Below are positions 32,546-41,385 of a stretch of DNA of 64,000 bases, piece by piece (position 1 is the stretch's first letter; every line of letters starts with the position of its first letter). The DNA is taken from positions 480,001 through 544,000 of the forward strand of contig CAVSFC010000002.1 of assembly GCA_963727255.1 (NCBI GenBank). Reading direction: 5' to 3'. Both the position numbers and the translations under genes were made by a program. Origin of the DNA: an uncultured bacterium (GTDB taxonomy: Bacteria > Babelota > Babeliae > Babelales > Vermiphilaceae). The notes under the pieces are model-generated. The model did no database searches. It worked only from the letters and a program-made list of their open reading frames with translations, and was not told the origin of the DNA.

Positions 32546-34303
32546 TTACAGCAATAGTTCTGGTTTATTCCGGGTCCATACAGATTCATAATCAGTTAAT
32601 TGTGGATGTGTAATTCGAGCAATTGTCGGGGCTGCTAACCTGCATAAAATCCCTGCTGCCGCATACGTAGCGAATCCAGCTGCTCCACCGAGTGATAATA
32701 CCGTTGGTAATGCGAGCATTTTAATATCTACCGGTGAATTTGCATATACTCGGTTCAATACATATCGGGTAGCTAAATAACCTCCTGTTGTTGTTGATAC
32801 TATGCTCGTTGTTTCATGATCAGTAAGATTATGGGCATCATGCAGAAAAAAACTTATGCCTATACCCCATGCACCGCCCGCTATGATTCCGGCAAACATG
32901 CTTGAATTTCGCACCAATGGTGAACTATTTGTAGCCAATTCATCCATAGCTGCGCCCCACATGTAGCCTCCTATAATGGGAGAAGTCAATCGTAGTAGCG
33001 GCTTAATTAAATTATCGTATTTTGTTTTGGCCGCCCAATATATTCTCTCTGGGAGCATAGTAATGGCATTGTCCCATTGGTTATGAATCTTATTTTTTTG
33101 TTCATTAGAAAACGGATTATTACGTATATTGATTTGTATATGTTTGCATTTTGTTCGCAATTCACGGATACATTTGTAAAAATTATCATCCAGAGAAGAC
33201 ATTTTATTGTATTGTAAATTGAGTTTTTTGAACTTATTATCAACATTCGACGCGATATCTAGAGTGCTTATTTGATTAGAGGATAAATCGATCTTATCAT
33301 AACTACCAAAGATATCATTTAAACAAAAATGTTGGATACGGTGTCCGGATAAAGTAAGATTTGATCCTTCAAAAAAGTGTTTGGGAAGATGTTGAGCTAG
33401 TTCTTTAAAACCACGCAAAGTCACAAATTTATGGCAAATATAATACAAGTGCCCATTCTCATCTGGAACCCATGCTTGATCGAAAAATAAAATCGAGATG
33501 GTGGCGTGTGAAAGATCTAATGCTGGCAACTGTGCTAAGATTTCCATTTTTGATTTGCTTAATTGAAAGAAATATGCAGGGCAGTTCAAATAAGGTTCTG
33601 CAATCCCACGCAATGCCTGCTTTTCTTGTTTAATTTCTTTTGAATCAGATTCTTTATCTTGCAAATGTTCCCAAAGTATATTCGCAAGTTCAAAAAGAAT
33701 ATTTTCTGGAGCACCCAGATAATCTGCCAATCTGAGCATTTCTTGATTTGTTAAGAAGCTTTGAAATTTTATAATTCTTGGATTTTTAATGTAATCAATT
33801 AAAAGTTTAATATTCGTGAATGTTGCTGATGCATTTTTTTCTCTAAAGTCGAAAATTCCCTGCCCACCGGCACGTGCATGTGCAATCATAGAGCATTGTT
33901 TAATGGCTTGGCAATCGGCAAAGTTAGAGATATCAACTTCAACTCCATAATTATCGATAATTGGAAATGAGATGTTTTCATTCGATAGTGCGATTTTTTC
34001 TACACTGAGATTTTTGTGGCAAAGAGGGCATTGATCAGCCTCATCCTTGAACAGCTCTTTTTTTAATTCTAAATCATGCGCACAAATAAATTGCCAACAA
34101 CATTTAGTAAAGCGTAAGGAATCACCGGCTAAAAATTTTGCTTTTTTTCGGCAAAGTGCGCATTTTTCTTCACCATCAATACCTGCTTTGATTCGTAAGT
34201 CAAATTGCTGATTAATGATATTATTGGTTGTTGGTTTTTCCATGCACGAGGTTGCAGCTGATGTTGCAAGAAGTGCTGTTAGTAAAAGTTTAAAATAATT
34301 CAA
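32546..34303 (-). CDS. Secreted eukaryote-like protein: RING-like, BTB/Skp1-like, LRRs, C-terminal hydrophobic segments
   Basis: TTG start at 34303 after GGGGG. CALC..CCWQFICAHD..CPLC; MLRLADYLG; LRRs IDLSSNQISTL and LNLQYNKMSSL. Confidence 0.7.
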   Translation of the reverse strand: MNYFKLLLTALLATSAATSCMEKPTTNNIINQQFDLRIKAGIDGEEKCALCRKKAKFLAGDSLRFTKCCWQFICAHDLELKKELFKDEADQCPLCHKNLSVEKIALSNENISFPIIDNYGVEVDISNFADCQAIKQCSMIAHARAGGQGIFDFREKNASATFTNIKLLIDYIKNPRIIKFQSFLTNQEMLRLADYLGAPENILFELANILWEHLQDKESDSKEIKQEKQALRGIAEPYLNCPAYFFQLSKSKMEILAQLPALDLSHATISILFFDQAWVPDENGHLYYICHKFVTLRGFKELAQHLPKHFFEGSNLTLSGHRIQHFCLNDIFGSYDKIDLSSNQISTLDIASNVDNKFKKLNLQYNKMSSLDDNFYKCIRELRTKCKHIQINIRNNPFSNEQKNKIHNQWDNAITMLPERIYWAAKTKYDNLIKPLLRLTSPIIGGYMWGAAMDELATNSSPLVRNSSMFAGIIAGGAWGIGISFFLHDAHNLTDHETTSIVSTTTGGYLATRYVLNRVYANSPVDIKMLALPTVLSLGGAAGFATYAAAGILCRLAAPTIARITHPQLTDYESVWTRNKPELLL

Positions 34304-34359
34304 GATAACCCCCAAAAATCTAAAGGACAGTACTAAACTGCCCTTACTTTTTATTATCG

Positions 34360-34635
34360 TTAAAAGCCGAATCCGAAGCTTACCGGACCTGAACCGAATG
34401 AAACGCCCAGTGATGGGCGAACATACGGAGTATATACGACCGGCGCTGCATAAACAGGAGCGCAATAGCCGCCGCAGCACGGAGCTGCATAAACCGGGCG
34501 ATATGCCATCGGTCTGCCAAAGTTGAAGCCGAAGCTTACGCGTGGGCCGTGATGACGATGATGACGGGCTTGTGCAACTGATGCAGCTAATCCAAGGATT
34601 GCGAGCACAGATATCATAAGTTTATTGAATTTCAT
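34360..34635 (-). CDS. Small secreted His/Pro/Tyr/Gly-rich protein
   Basis: GGAGG Shine-Dalgarno, MKFNK signal peptide, VYAAP repeats, SFGF motifs at both ends. Confidence 0.8.
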   Translation of the reverse strand: MKFNKLMISVLAILGLAASVAQARHHRHHGPRVSFGFNFGRPMAYRPVYAAPCCGGYCAPVYAAPVVYTPYVRPSLGVSFGSGPVSFGFGF

Positions 34636-34727
34636 AAAATACCTCCATTTTGTTATTTTCAGCCGACTAAAGGCCTTATTAATTAAATATTATCAGATAG
34701 AAATAAAATGTAAAGCGGTAAAAGACC

Positions 34728-34761
34728 CAAAAAAACCCCCCCCGGGCAGGCCAGAGGGGGT
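34728..34761 (-). terminator. Putative intrinsic terminator
   Basis: C-rich/G-rich stem preceded by an A tract. Confidence 0.5.
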
Positions 34762-34790
34762 CACCAATAAGCTCTATTATTTTGTAGGTG

Positions 34791-35444
34791 TTAGAATTTA
34801 GGCATTATAAGCTCAGGTTCGCCTTTTGCTGAACCTGCTTTAGCCGTAGGCGGAAGCTCTACCCTATAATCAATATCTCCGCGAAGGTTAATAAAGACCT
34901 CAATAGCATGAGCATCGCTGTTAAACAGCTCAAATCGGCGAGCGGGAGCCTGAACGCGGAAGCTATAGCTTTCTCCTCGGGCTATATTAACCACATCTCC
35001 TGCAGGAAGATCCTTCATTTCTCCTCCCTCAAGGCCTTCTATGGTAATAGTATTATTCGTATTGTTGCGGAATGCCCAATAGCGAACTCCGCTCACATCC
35101 CACCACATACCTTTATACAGATATCCCCGTTGCGCTGAATCATTGCGAGGAGCGCAGGGTGGAATATTCAAAAATTGAATTTTGGTATTATCGCTAAAAG
35201 AATCATATTGGCCAGGTAATGGACGCGGGAATGGGCCACAATAGGGAGCCCCATTGCAGCAGGCAAGTCCACAGTTACTTGTGCCTCCATTAGCGCATGA
35301 TGAACCGCAGCTTGGTTGCCATGAGCAGAATGAAAGATCAAGGCAATTTTTGGTTCCTCCGCATCGTAAGCGATTAACGCAGCGTGCTTCTGCCAGCATT
35401 GGCAGCATCATTAAACAGATGATGAGCAGCAATTGCTTTTTCAT
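34791..35444 (-). CDS. Secreted Cys-rich protein
   Basis: Signal peptide ending AEA; Cys-rich N-terminal region followed by a beta-rich region. Confidence 0.75.
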   Translation of the reverse strand: MKKQLLLIICLMMLPMLAEARCVNRLRCGGTKNCLDLSFCSWQPSCGSSCANGGTSNCGLACCNGAPYCGPFPRPLPGQYDSFSDNTKIQFLNIPPCAPRNDSAQRGYLYKGMWWDVSGVRYWAFRNNTNNTITIEGLEGGEMKDLPAGDVVNIARGESYSFRVQAPARRFELFNSDAHAIEVFINLRGDIDYRVELPPTAKAGSAKGEPELIMPKF

Positions 35445-35448
35445 AGTT

Positions 35449-35793
35449 TTATCCTTTGGCATTATGGTTTTTATATACTTTCCAACATTCTTCTATACTT
35501 GTTGCGCATTCTTCATCACATGCGCGTGCTCTGCGATAGCCGCAGGAGCTGCAGGGATTTGGTTTGCAGCAGCGAGGCGGCCACTGAGCACCCGTTTCAA
35601 ATATCCATTGTTGGCCGTCCCAGAGATAGTCCATTTCGGGATCGTAATAATAGCTTAATCCGGCGTAGTAGTAGGGCGTCCCACCAATTGCATAACCGCC
35701 GGTTCCTACAAAACTGCCTTCACCAAGCATGGCATCAGCGCATTGACTCGTGATAAATAAAAATGAGAGTGATGCGAATTGCAAAACTCTCAT
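35449..35793 (-). CDS. Small secreted Tyr/Cys-rich protein
   Basis: Start MRVLQF at 35793 (the ORF-track extension runs through a repeat). YYY motifs, Cys-rich C-terminus. Confidence 0.7.
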   Translation of the reverse strand: MRVLQFASLSFLFITSQCADAMLGEGSFVGTGGYAIGGTPYYYAGLSYYYDPEMDYLWDGQQWIFETGAQWPPRCCKPNPCSSCGYRRARACDEECATSIEECWKVYKNHNAKG

Positions 35794-35822
35794 GATTTTA
35801 TGAAATGTGTTTTCTTGGATTG

Positions 35823-35917
35823 GAATCCTTCGATACGAGACTGCGTCTTTACTCAGGACGAACGGGTTTAGAAGAACCGTTCGTGGTGAGTACGAGCAAT
35901 GCGATCGTATCGAACCA
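35823..35917. repeat. Palindromic REP-like element
   Basis: TCCTTCGATACG..ACTCAGGACGAACGG..CCGTTCGTGGTGAGT..GTATCGAACCA. Confidence 0.85.
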
Positions 35918-35953
35918 TTTTTTTTAATATTCCCCATATCTTCCCCCCAGCAT

Positions 35954-35980
35954 TAAGGCGGGTATTGCTACCCGCCCTTA
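35954..35980. terminator. Hairpin / putative terminator downstream of 36027..36713
   Basis: GGCGGGTA-TTGC-TACCCGCC. Confidence 0.55.
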
Positions 35981-36026
35981 TTGTATGAAACAGCTATTCT
36001 TTTTTCTTTTTTTCCCTATTCATGAA

Positions 36027-36713
36027 TCAACCTGCATCCGCTGCAGATTCACGCACTGGTACTGAGCTAGGATCTTGTTGATATTGTTGATAAGCCGGTT
36101 GCACCACTTCTTGGAAATATACTTGTCTTTCTGGGTCTTGCGCGGCCAATTCTTCCCATTCAGCATAAGTCCATCCGCCAAAGAGCCATATACCTGCTAT
36201 AAGAGCTGCTGTTGCTCCCCAGAGCCAGCCGCCGTATCCCCAACCCCAACCATTATTCCAGCCACCGCGATTATAGCCACGATTTCTGCCGCCCTGACGA
36301 TTGGCTGCACGGCCAGTGCCTTTGCCAGCGCCTCTTCCAGTTGCAGCTTGTCTGCCTGCAGTATGGGTACCAGCTGCTTTGCCGCCGGGAGTTCTACTAT
36401 AGGATCCACTCGTACGTGCTGCGCTTGAATAACCAGTGTGTCCGGTTGAATAGCCCGCTGAACGATATCCAGCGCCGCCGCGATAACCTGAGTAACCTCC
36501 AAAACCTCGTCCCCCACCATAGTATCCGCCGCCAGCAAATCCGCGTCCACCGCCAAAGCCACGTCCGCCTCCAAAGCCGCGTCCGCCGCCTCTGAATCCG
36601 CCACGCCCGCCACCCCCATGGCCACCGCCATGGCCGCCGCCGCGACCGACCGCTATACTGCTTATCCCAACAAGAAGGGTAAGCATGAGTCTCATTATTT
36701 TATTAAATTTCAT
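36027..36713 (-). CDS. Secreted Gly/Arg (RGG)-rich low-complexity protein
   Basis: GAGGA Shine-Dalgarno, MKFNK signal peptide, GGGRGF repeats, Trp-rich hydrophobic segment. Confidence 0.8.
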   Translation of the reverse strand: MKFNKIMRLMLTLLVGISSIAVGRGGGHGGGHGGGGRGGFRGGGRGFGGGRGFGGGRGFAGGGYYGGGRGFGGYSGYRGGAGYRSAGYSTGHTGYSSAARTSGSYSRTPGGKAAGTHTAGRQAATGRGAGKGTGRAANRQGGRNRGYNRGGWNNGWGWGYGGWLWGATAALIAGIWLFGGWTYAEWEELAAQDPERQVYFQEVVQPAYQQYQQDPSSVPVRESAADAG

Positions 36714-36734
36714 TACTATCTCCTCTCTTAATTA

Positions 36735-37073
36735 TTACTCGTAATCATCTGTAAAACTTTGATTATAGTTTTGATTATTATCTGAATCGTAATTTGAATA
36801 TGGATTTGGATATGAATATGGGTAATCATCTCCATCTACATACTCGCCATAGAATGGATCAGCATAAAAACCAACACCACCATATGCGCCACCACGATAC
36901 CCGGCGCCGCCAAAACCGCGTCCATAACCACCGCCAAAACCTCTGCCACCACCAAAACCGCCATGACCGCCGCCAAAGCCGCCTCCGCCATGTCCGCCAC
37001 CACGTGCTATCGCAAGTGAACTCATTCCAACAAGAAGGACTAGCATTAATTTTGATATCATATTGAATTTCAT
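36735..37073 (-). CDS. Secreted Gly-rich protein with Tyr/Asp-rich tail
   Basis: AAGGAG Shine-Dalgarno, MKFNM signal peptide, GGGxGGF repeats. Confidence 0.8.
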   Translation of the reverse strand: MKFNMISKLMLVLLVGMSSLAIARGGGHGGGGFGGGHGGFGGGRGFGGGYGRGFGGAGYRGGAYGGVGFYADPFYGEYVDGDDYPYSYPNPYSNYDSDNNQNYNQSFTDDYE

Positions 37074-37109
37074 ATTTTCTCCTTTTTTCTTTTTTTTATT
37101 TAAACATCT

Positions 37110-37394
37110 TTATTTAGGGCTTGTGTAAACTGATCGTTCAAAACCAGAAATAGCCGGCTGTTCAGAAAGATCAGGAAAACTTACCGGGCGATATTCCGAT
37201 CTGCGATAGATACTAAAAGTATCAGGTGAGATATTGTCTTCCCGCCATACTCTATCCGGCCCTGCTGAATACCAGTTGCTCGATGCATCGGTACAGCATC
37301 GGCGAATTGGATAATAACTCTCATAGGCACCATAAAGGCTAAATGAACTGATAAGCAGCAAAATTGCCATGAGTTCTTTTCCATATTTGACCAT
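37110..37394 (-). CDS. Small secreted hypothetical protein
   Basis: GGAG Shine-Dalgarno, signal peptide, RRCC motif. Confidence 0.6.
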   Translation of the reverse strand: MVKYGKELMAILLLISSFSLYGAYESYYPIRRCCTDASSNWYSAGPDRVWREDNISPDTFSIYRRSEYRPVSFPDLSEQPAISGFERSVYTSPK

Positions 37395-37444
37395 TTTTTC
37401 TCCAAAATCGCACTATTTTGCAAAATAAGCTATTATACAATTTC

Positions 37445-37474
37445 ATAATAGCAATTATTATGAAGAGAAAACAA
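37445..37474 (-). promoter_or_regulatory. Putative promoter motif shared with 38951-38980
   Basis: Minus strand TTGTTTTCTCT-N6-TAATTGCTATTAT. Confidence 0.55.
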
Positions 37475-37558
37475 GAGTTTCAGGTGGCTTTTTTTAACCT
37501 TAAAAATGTGTTAAAATCCGGGGCAGAACCATAAAAACTATAAAAAAAGGAATTTTCT

Positions 37559-38224
37559 ATGATTTCCAAAAAACTGGCATGTATTGCGTTCTTAGGTCTT
37601 TTGAGTGCAGGAGCAGATTCTCGTTTGCCAATACCAAAAAAACGAATCGGTAGAACGGCTCAATATGCTGGAATGGACCCGCTTTTTATTGAAAGATGGT
37701 CGCCGCGGGCAATGTCAGCAGAACCTCTTGAAGAGAGCCAATTAATGTCCCTTTTTGAGGCTGCCCGATGGGCTCCTTCTTCGTATAATGAGCAACCCTG
37801 GCGCTTTTTATATGCTCTGCGAGATACCCCCCACTGGGACACATTTTTTGATCTTTTAGTCCCCTTTAACCAAGGATGGTGCAAAAATGGGGCTGTTTTA
37901 GTGGTTATCTGCTCTAAAAATGGCTCGGATCACGGGGGATCAAATACATTTCATAGTTATGATGCGGGCGCAGCCTGGCAAAATCTGGCTTTGCAAGGGC
38001 ATTTAAAAGGGCTCGTGGTTCATGGGATGGGAGGGTTTGATAAAGAAAAGGCCAGATTAACCCTGCAAATTCCCGATGAGTATACCATTGAGGCTATGTG
38101 TGTAATTGGCAAGCCCGGCGATCCTAAAAATCTGCCAAATTATATGCAAGATATTGAAAAGCCATCTGCGCGAAAAAATATGGAAGAGATCGTCTGTCAA
38201 GGGAGATTTGGGTTTAAAGAATAA
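37559..38224 (+). CDS. Nitroreductase family protein
   Basis: RWSPRAM, EAARWAPSSYNEQPWRF, DAGAAWQNLALQ and HGMGGFD motifs. Confidence 0.9.
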   Translation: MISKKLACIAFLGLLSAGADSRLPIPKKRIGRTAQYAGMDPLFIERWSPRAMSAEPLEESQLMSLFEAARWAPSSYNEQPWRFLYALRDTPHWDTFFDLLVPFNQGWCKNGAVLVVICSKNGSDHGGSNTFHSYDAGAAWQNLALQGHLKGLVVHGMGGFDKEKARLTLQIPDEYTIEAMCVIGKPGDPKNLPNYMQDIEKPSARKNMEEIVCQGRFGFKE

Positions 38225-38240
38225 CTCTTGGGAATGAGAA

Positions 38241-38272
38241 AAGGGCCGCTTAGTAGCGGCCCTCATATTTTT
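38241..38272. terminator. Bidirectional terminator
   Basis: AGGGCCGCT-TAGT-AGCGGCCCT between convergent genes. Confidence 0.75.
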
Positions 38273-38907
38273 TACTTAGTATGCAATTGTTTGTATTCGT
38301 CAGATTTTTTATAGAGTGGTTCAACAACATCTTTCCAGTAGGTTGGGTAGTTTTTTTCCCAGAATTCTGGGCGGTAACTTCCGAATACCCAATTACCTTC
38401 AGGGTTTACTCCTATTTCAAAACCTTTATCTTTCCACCATGTGTGGAAATTATGATGCCACGGTTCTTTTCGTGGACCAGTATGATGTACTACATCTTTT
38501 TGTCTTGCTACTGCTGCTGTTGCTGCGGTTCCTGCAGCACCAAGCCCGAGCCATCCGGCTGCTCTTTCCATCGCTGTAGGCTGCGCAGCGGTTTTTGTAT
38601 TTGCTACTGCTGCTTCAGGTCTATCTTTTGCTACAGATTTAGTTGCCGCCGATTTGGTTGTGGGTTTACGTAAACCTTTTTCATGTTTTTTCATTTCCAT
38701 TTTTTTATAATTGCCGCTGGTTTTGCCATATCTATCTTTTGCTGTAGATTTTGGCTCTTTTTTGGCATAGGTTTGATGGGTCTGCTTTTTCGATTCTATT
38801 TTTTTATATTTGGCGTTTTTTGCAGGTTTTTTGATTGTAGTTGTAGCCGCAAATAAGCCGCCACTGCTTAAAAGTGCTACTGTTAATGCATAACGAATAA
38901 ACTTCAT
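38272..38907 (-). CDS. Secreted Lys-rich low-complexity protein
   Basis: MKFIRY signal peptide, K/T/A-rich body, aromatic C-terminal domain. Confidence 0.75.
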   Translation of the reverse strand: MKFIRYALTVALLSSGGLFAATTTIKKPAKNAKYKKIESKKQTHQTYAKKEPKSTAKDRYGKTSGNYKKMEMKKHEKGLRKPTTKSAATKSVAKDRPEAAVANTKTAAQPTAMERAAGWLGLGAAGTAATAAVARQKDVVHHTGPRKEPWHHNFHTWWKDKGFEIGVNPEGNWVFGSYRPEFWEKNYPTYWKDVVEPLYKKSDEYKQLHTK

Positions 38908-38950
38908 ACTCTTCTCATACGGTTAGAGGGTTTTACTATTTTACGATTTT

Positions 38951-38980
38951 ATAATAGCAATTAAAAACAGAGAAAAGCAA
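38951..38980 (-). promoter_or_regulatory. Putative promoter motif shared with 37445-37474
   Basis: Minus strand TTGCTTTTCTCT-N5-TAATTGCTATTAT. Confidence 0.55.
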
Positions 38981-39028
38981 TAGTTTAGCGTATTATTTTG
39001 AAGATGGGTTCTCGTCCTTAAGGGGTGG

Positions 39029-39556
39029 TTATTTGACCTTTAGACTGCGAACGATAGTATCGGCAAATTCTTGGGAGGCGCTTGGATCAGTGGCAGTGAC
39101 AAAATTCTGATCGCTGACTACAGGCGCTTGAACATAGGTCACTCCGTACTCATCATAAATTTCACCCAGCTGATCATCCCCATCCCATCCGGTTGCTGCC
39201 ACTTCAGTAAGTAAGCTTGCATGGGCTAAAATGCGGGTTGAAATGCAAATTGCTGCGATCAATTTGCCAAGATCATGCGCTTCGCGAGCAAGCTGATAGG
39301 TGGATTCATTATCAAGAGTATCCATCGCGCCCGGCCCGCCTACCAGCACGATTGCAGCGTAATCGCTTGCGATTGCTTGTTCAATAGTCAGATCAACTTT
39401 TGCCTGAGATTTATCCTTTGCAGTTGCCATGCCGGGCTTATTGCTTGCAGTGACCACAGTAAACCCAGCTTGTTCGAATGTTTTTTTAGGAATTCCGTAT
39501 TCAACTTGTTGAAACCCTTCATGGGCAATTATCATGAGAATTTTGCGATGCGCCAT
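39029..39556 (-). CDS. DJ-1/PfpI family protein
   Basis: Start MAHRKIL at 39556; GFQQVE, LVGGPGA and AAICIS motifs. Confidence 0.88.
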   Translation of the reverse strand: MAHRKILMIIAHEGFQQVEYGIPKKTFEQAGFTVVTASNKPGMATAKDKSQAKVDLTIEQAIASDYAAIVLVGGPGAMDTLDNESTYQLAREAHDLGKLIAAICISTRILAHASLLTEVAATGWDGDDQLGEIYDEYGVTYVQAPVVSDQNFVTATDPSASQEFADTIVRSLKVK

Positions 39557-40547
39557 TGCAATCCTTTTTTTGAGATGGTTTATGTTTGGCAGAATAAAAA
39601 GAGACGGTTTTCTTGTCAATGGTAACAGAAACATGAAAAGCAGGATAACCAAATTCATTCACCATAATTTGATTTTTAAGTGGCGTGATAGTTGTGCAGT
39701 TGCTGATAGTGATTGGTTTATTGCCCAAACGTATAAGAGTGCAAGCATGTTTTTGGCAACTTCGTTTTAAAGTCATAAAACTCCGAACCCAAAATGAAGG
39801 CAGTTCTCCCTGCCAGAAGGGAATATAGATATTTTTGATGCAGATTTTTTCTTGCAAATTTATGAGTACTTCAAAAATAATTCGATTGGGTTGCAAAACA
39901 ATCAGATGATCGATTGTATTTGTTCCTAACTGTTTGGCAAGCGCGGGCATGAGCGTATATTCGCACCAGGATGGTGCTGATAATCGGCGACCAATTACTC
40001 CCGGATCAATTATCACGATTTGATTATTATGCTTAAAAATGTGTACAGTTCCTTTGTTGCAATCAATGCTGGTCATCCGATTAGACGAATAAGCAGGCAG
40101 TGCAAGATATGCGCAGGTGAGGCCAAGCAGAATGCTATAGCATGCAATAGCTTTAAAGGGAGTTTGTATTTTTTTATAGTGCAGAATGGCGAGCGTAAGC
40201 AGAAAAATAAGTATGAGCGTTGCTATTGATGGCATTGCAAAAGGAAGTAAAACACTATGGCCGGCAAATTGCATAAGCCAAAGCCACCAATGAGTTATTT
40301 TTTCCAGAAACCAGATCAAAATTCCGTTTGGAATAGAGAGTATTTCACAAAAAAACACAAGTGAGGAAAGCAATAAAAAAACCGTTAGTATCGGGCTAAA
40401 TAGAAAATTTCCTGCAAAGGTGAGCAGCGAGATGGGCATTCCCCATGAAAGTAAAATGGGAATGGAAATGAGCGTGATAAAAAGCTGGAGATGAATAAAT
40501 GAGACCAGATGTTTTTTTGTTCTTTGCAAGTACGATAGTAAATTCAT
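39519..40547 (-). CDS. ComEC/Rec2-like protein (partial competence domain plus degenerate metallo-beta-lactamase-like fold)
   Basis: Transmembrane region with NFLFSP, then IIDPG, MPALAKQLGTNTIDHLIV. Confidence 0.6.
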   Translation of the reverse strand: MNLLSYLQRTKKHLVSFIHLQLFITLISIPILLSWGMPISLLTFAGNFLFSPILTVFLLLSSLVFFCEILSIPNGILIWFLEKITHWWLWLMQFAGHSVLLPFAMPSIATLILIFLLTLAILHYKKIQTPFKAIACYSILLGLTCAYLALPAYSSNRMTSIDCNKGTVHIFKHNNQIVIIDPGVIGRRLSAPSWCEYTLMPALAKQLGTNTIDHLIVLQPNRIIFEVLINLQEKICIKNIYIPFWQGELPSFWVRSFMTLKRSCQKHACTLIRLGNKPITISNCTTITPLKNQIMVNEFGYPAFHVSVTIDKKTVSFYSAKHKPSQKKDCNGASQNSHDNCP

Positions 40548-40984
40548 CTTTTCTTAGGTATGCGAGATTCTTGCACTTGCTTTTGCAAAGCGGCAAGTAG
40601 CTCTTTCTTTTGATTTTTTTCATACTCAAGCGAGGCGACTGATGCAAGAGAAAGACTCGCCGTTGCTCCTGTTGCAAGGGTGCTTATTAAAAATTCATTC
40701 TGTAAACCGGTGCCTTCCTTAAAAAGCGCATATCCATAAAGTATGAATCCTAACGAAGCCATAACTGCGTTGATTAGAGTAATGCCTTGCGTATATTTGT
40801 AATCTTCAATTGTTTTTTGGGTTTCACTAATTTGCTTTTCTATGAGTGCCCGTTGCTCAGGGGAAATTTTAGAGCTGATATGCAGCGATGATAAGAACCC
40901 ATTTGTACTTGCATATATGTTGAAGATGAGTAAGAAAAGAATTTTTTTATACGATATCATGGATAATCCTTTATCAACGGGCAC
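40544..40984 (-). CDS. Hypothetical membrane protein
   Basis: Signal-like N-terminus and two hydrophobic segments. Confidence 0.55.
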   Translation of the reverse strand: MPVDKGLSMISYKKILFLLIFNIYASTNGFLSSLHISSKISPEQRALIEKQISETQKTIEDYKYTQGITLINAVMASLGFILYGYALFKEGTGLQNEFLISTLATGATASLSLASVASLEYEKNQKKELLAALQKQVQESRIPKKR

Positions 40985-41107
40985 GAGCTCTTGTTAGATT
41001 CTACGTGCTTTTGCTCTTTTTTTCAACATAATCAAAATTATTGAATCTATGCTATTTACTATGATATAATTACAGTTAGAGTAAACGCATATGTGTACCT
41101 AGCACAC

Positions 41108-41167
41108 ATCCTGAGTATGGTTCGACAAGCTCACCATGAATTATTCATCCTGAGTTTATCGAAGGAT
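41108..41167. repeat. Palindromic REP-like element
   Basis: TGGTTCGACAAGCTCACCATGAA..TTCATCCTGAGTTTATCGAAGGA. Confidence 0.75.
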
Positions 41168-41181
41168 ATTAATACTGTGTA

Positions 41182-41385
41182 ATGAGGAGAATTGTCATGA
41201 GAAAGTATTTTGATATGGTAGGTAAAAAATTTGGTAATGCCCGCGAAAAGATGTCAGGATACTGGCGCCGCGTGATGAATCACTCTAATGAAAAGAGTAT
41301 GTCCGAAGGCGCGCAAGAAAGTAATAAATTAATTACTTCAGCGCACAAAGATCAATGGCGCCGAAATACTAAGAAATCTCAGTAG
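41182..41385 (+). CDS. Small basic hypothetical protein
   Basis: GAGGAG precedes an internal ATG (MRKYFD); 62-67 aa. Confidence 0.45.
   Translation: MRRIVMRKYFDMVGKKFGNAREKMSGYWRRVMNHSNEKSMSEGAQESNKLITSAHKDQWRRNTKKSQ

Noticed and set aside
36075..37066. Plus-strand and alternative-frame ORFs over the Gly-rich genes
   Set aside because: Shadow ORFs caused by GGC/GGT codon runs; the minus-strand frames have Shine-Dalgarno sites and signal peptides.
34360..38224. RiPP cluster (Cys-rich peptides plus nitroreductase as azole dehydrogenase)
   Set aside because: No YcaO, radical SAM, lanthipeptide enzyme or transporter; peptides have Sec-type leaders and the nitroreductase is divergently transcribed.
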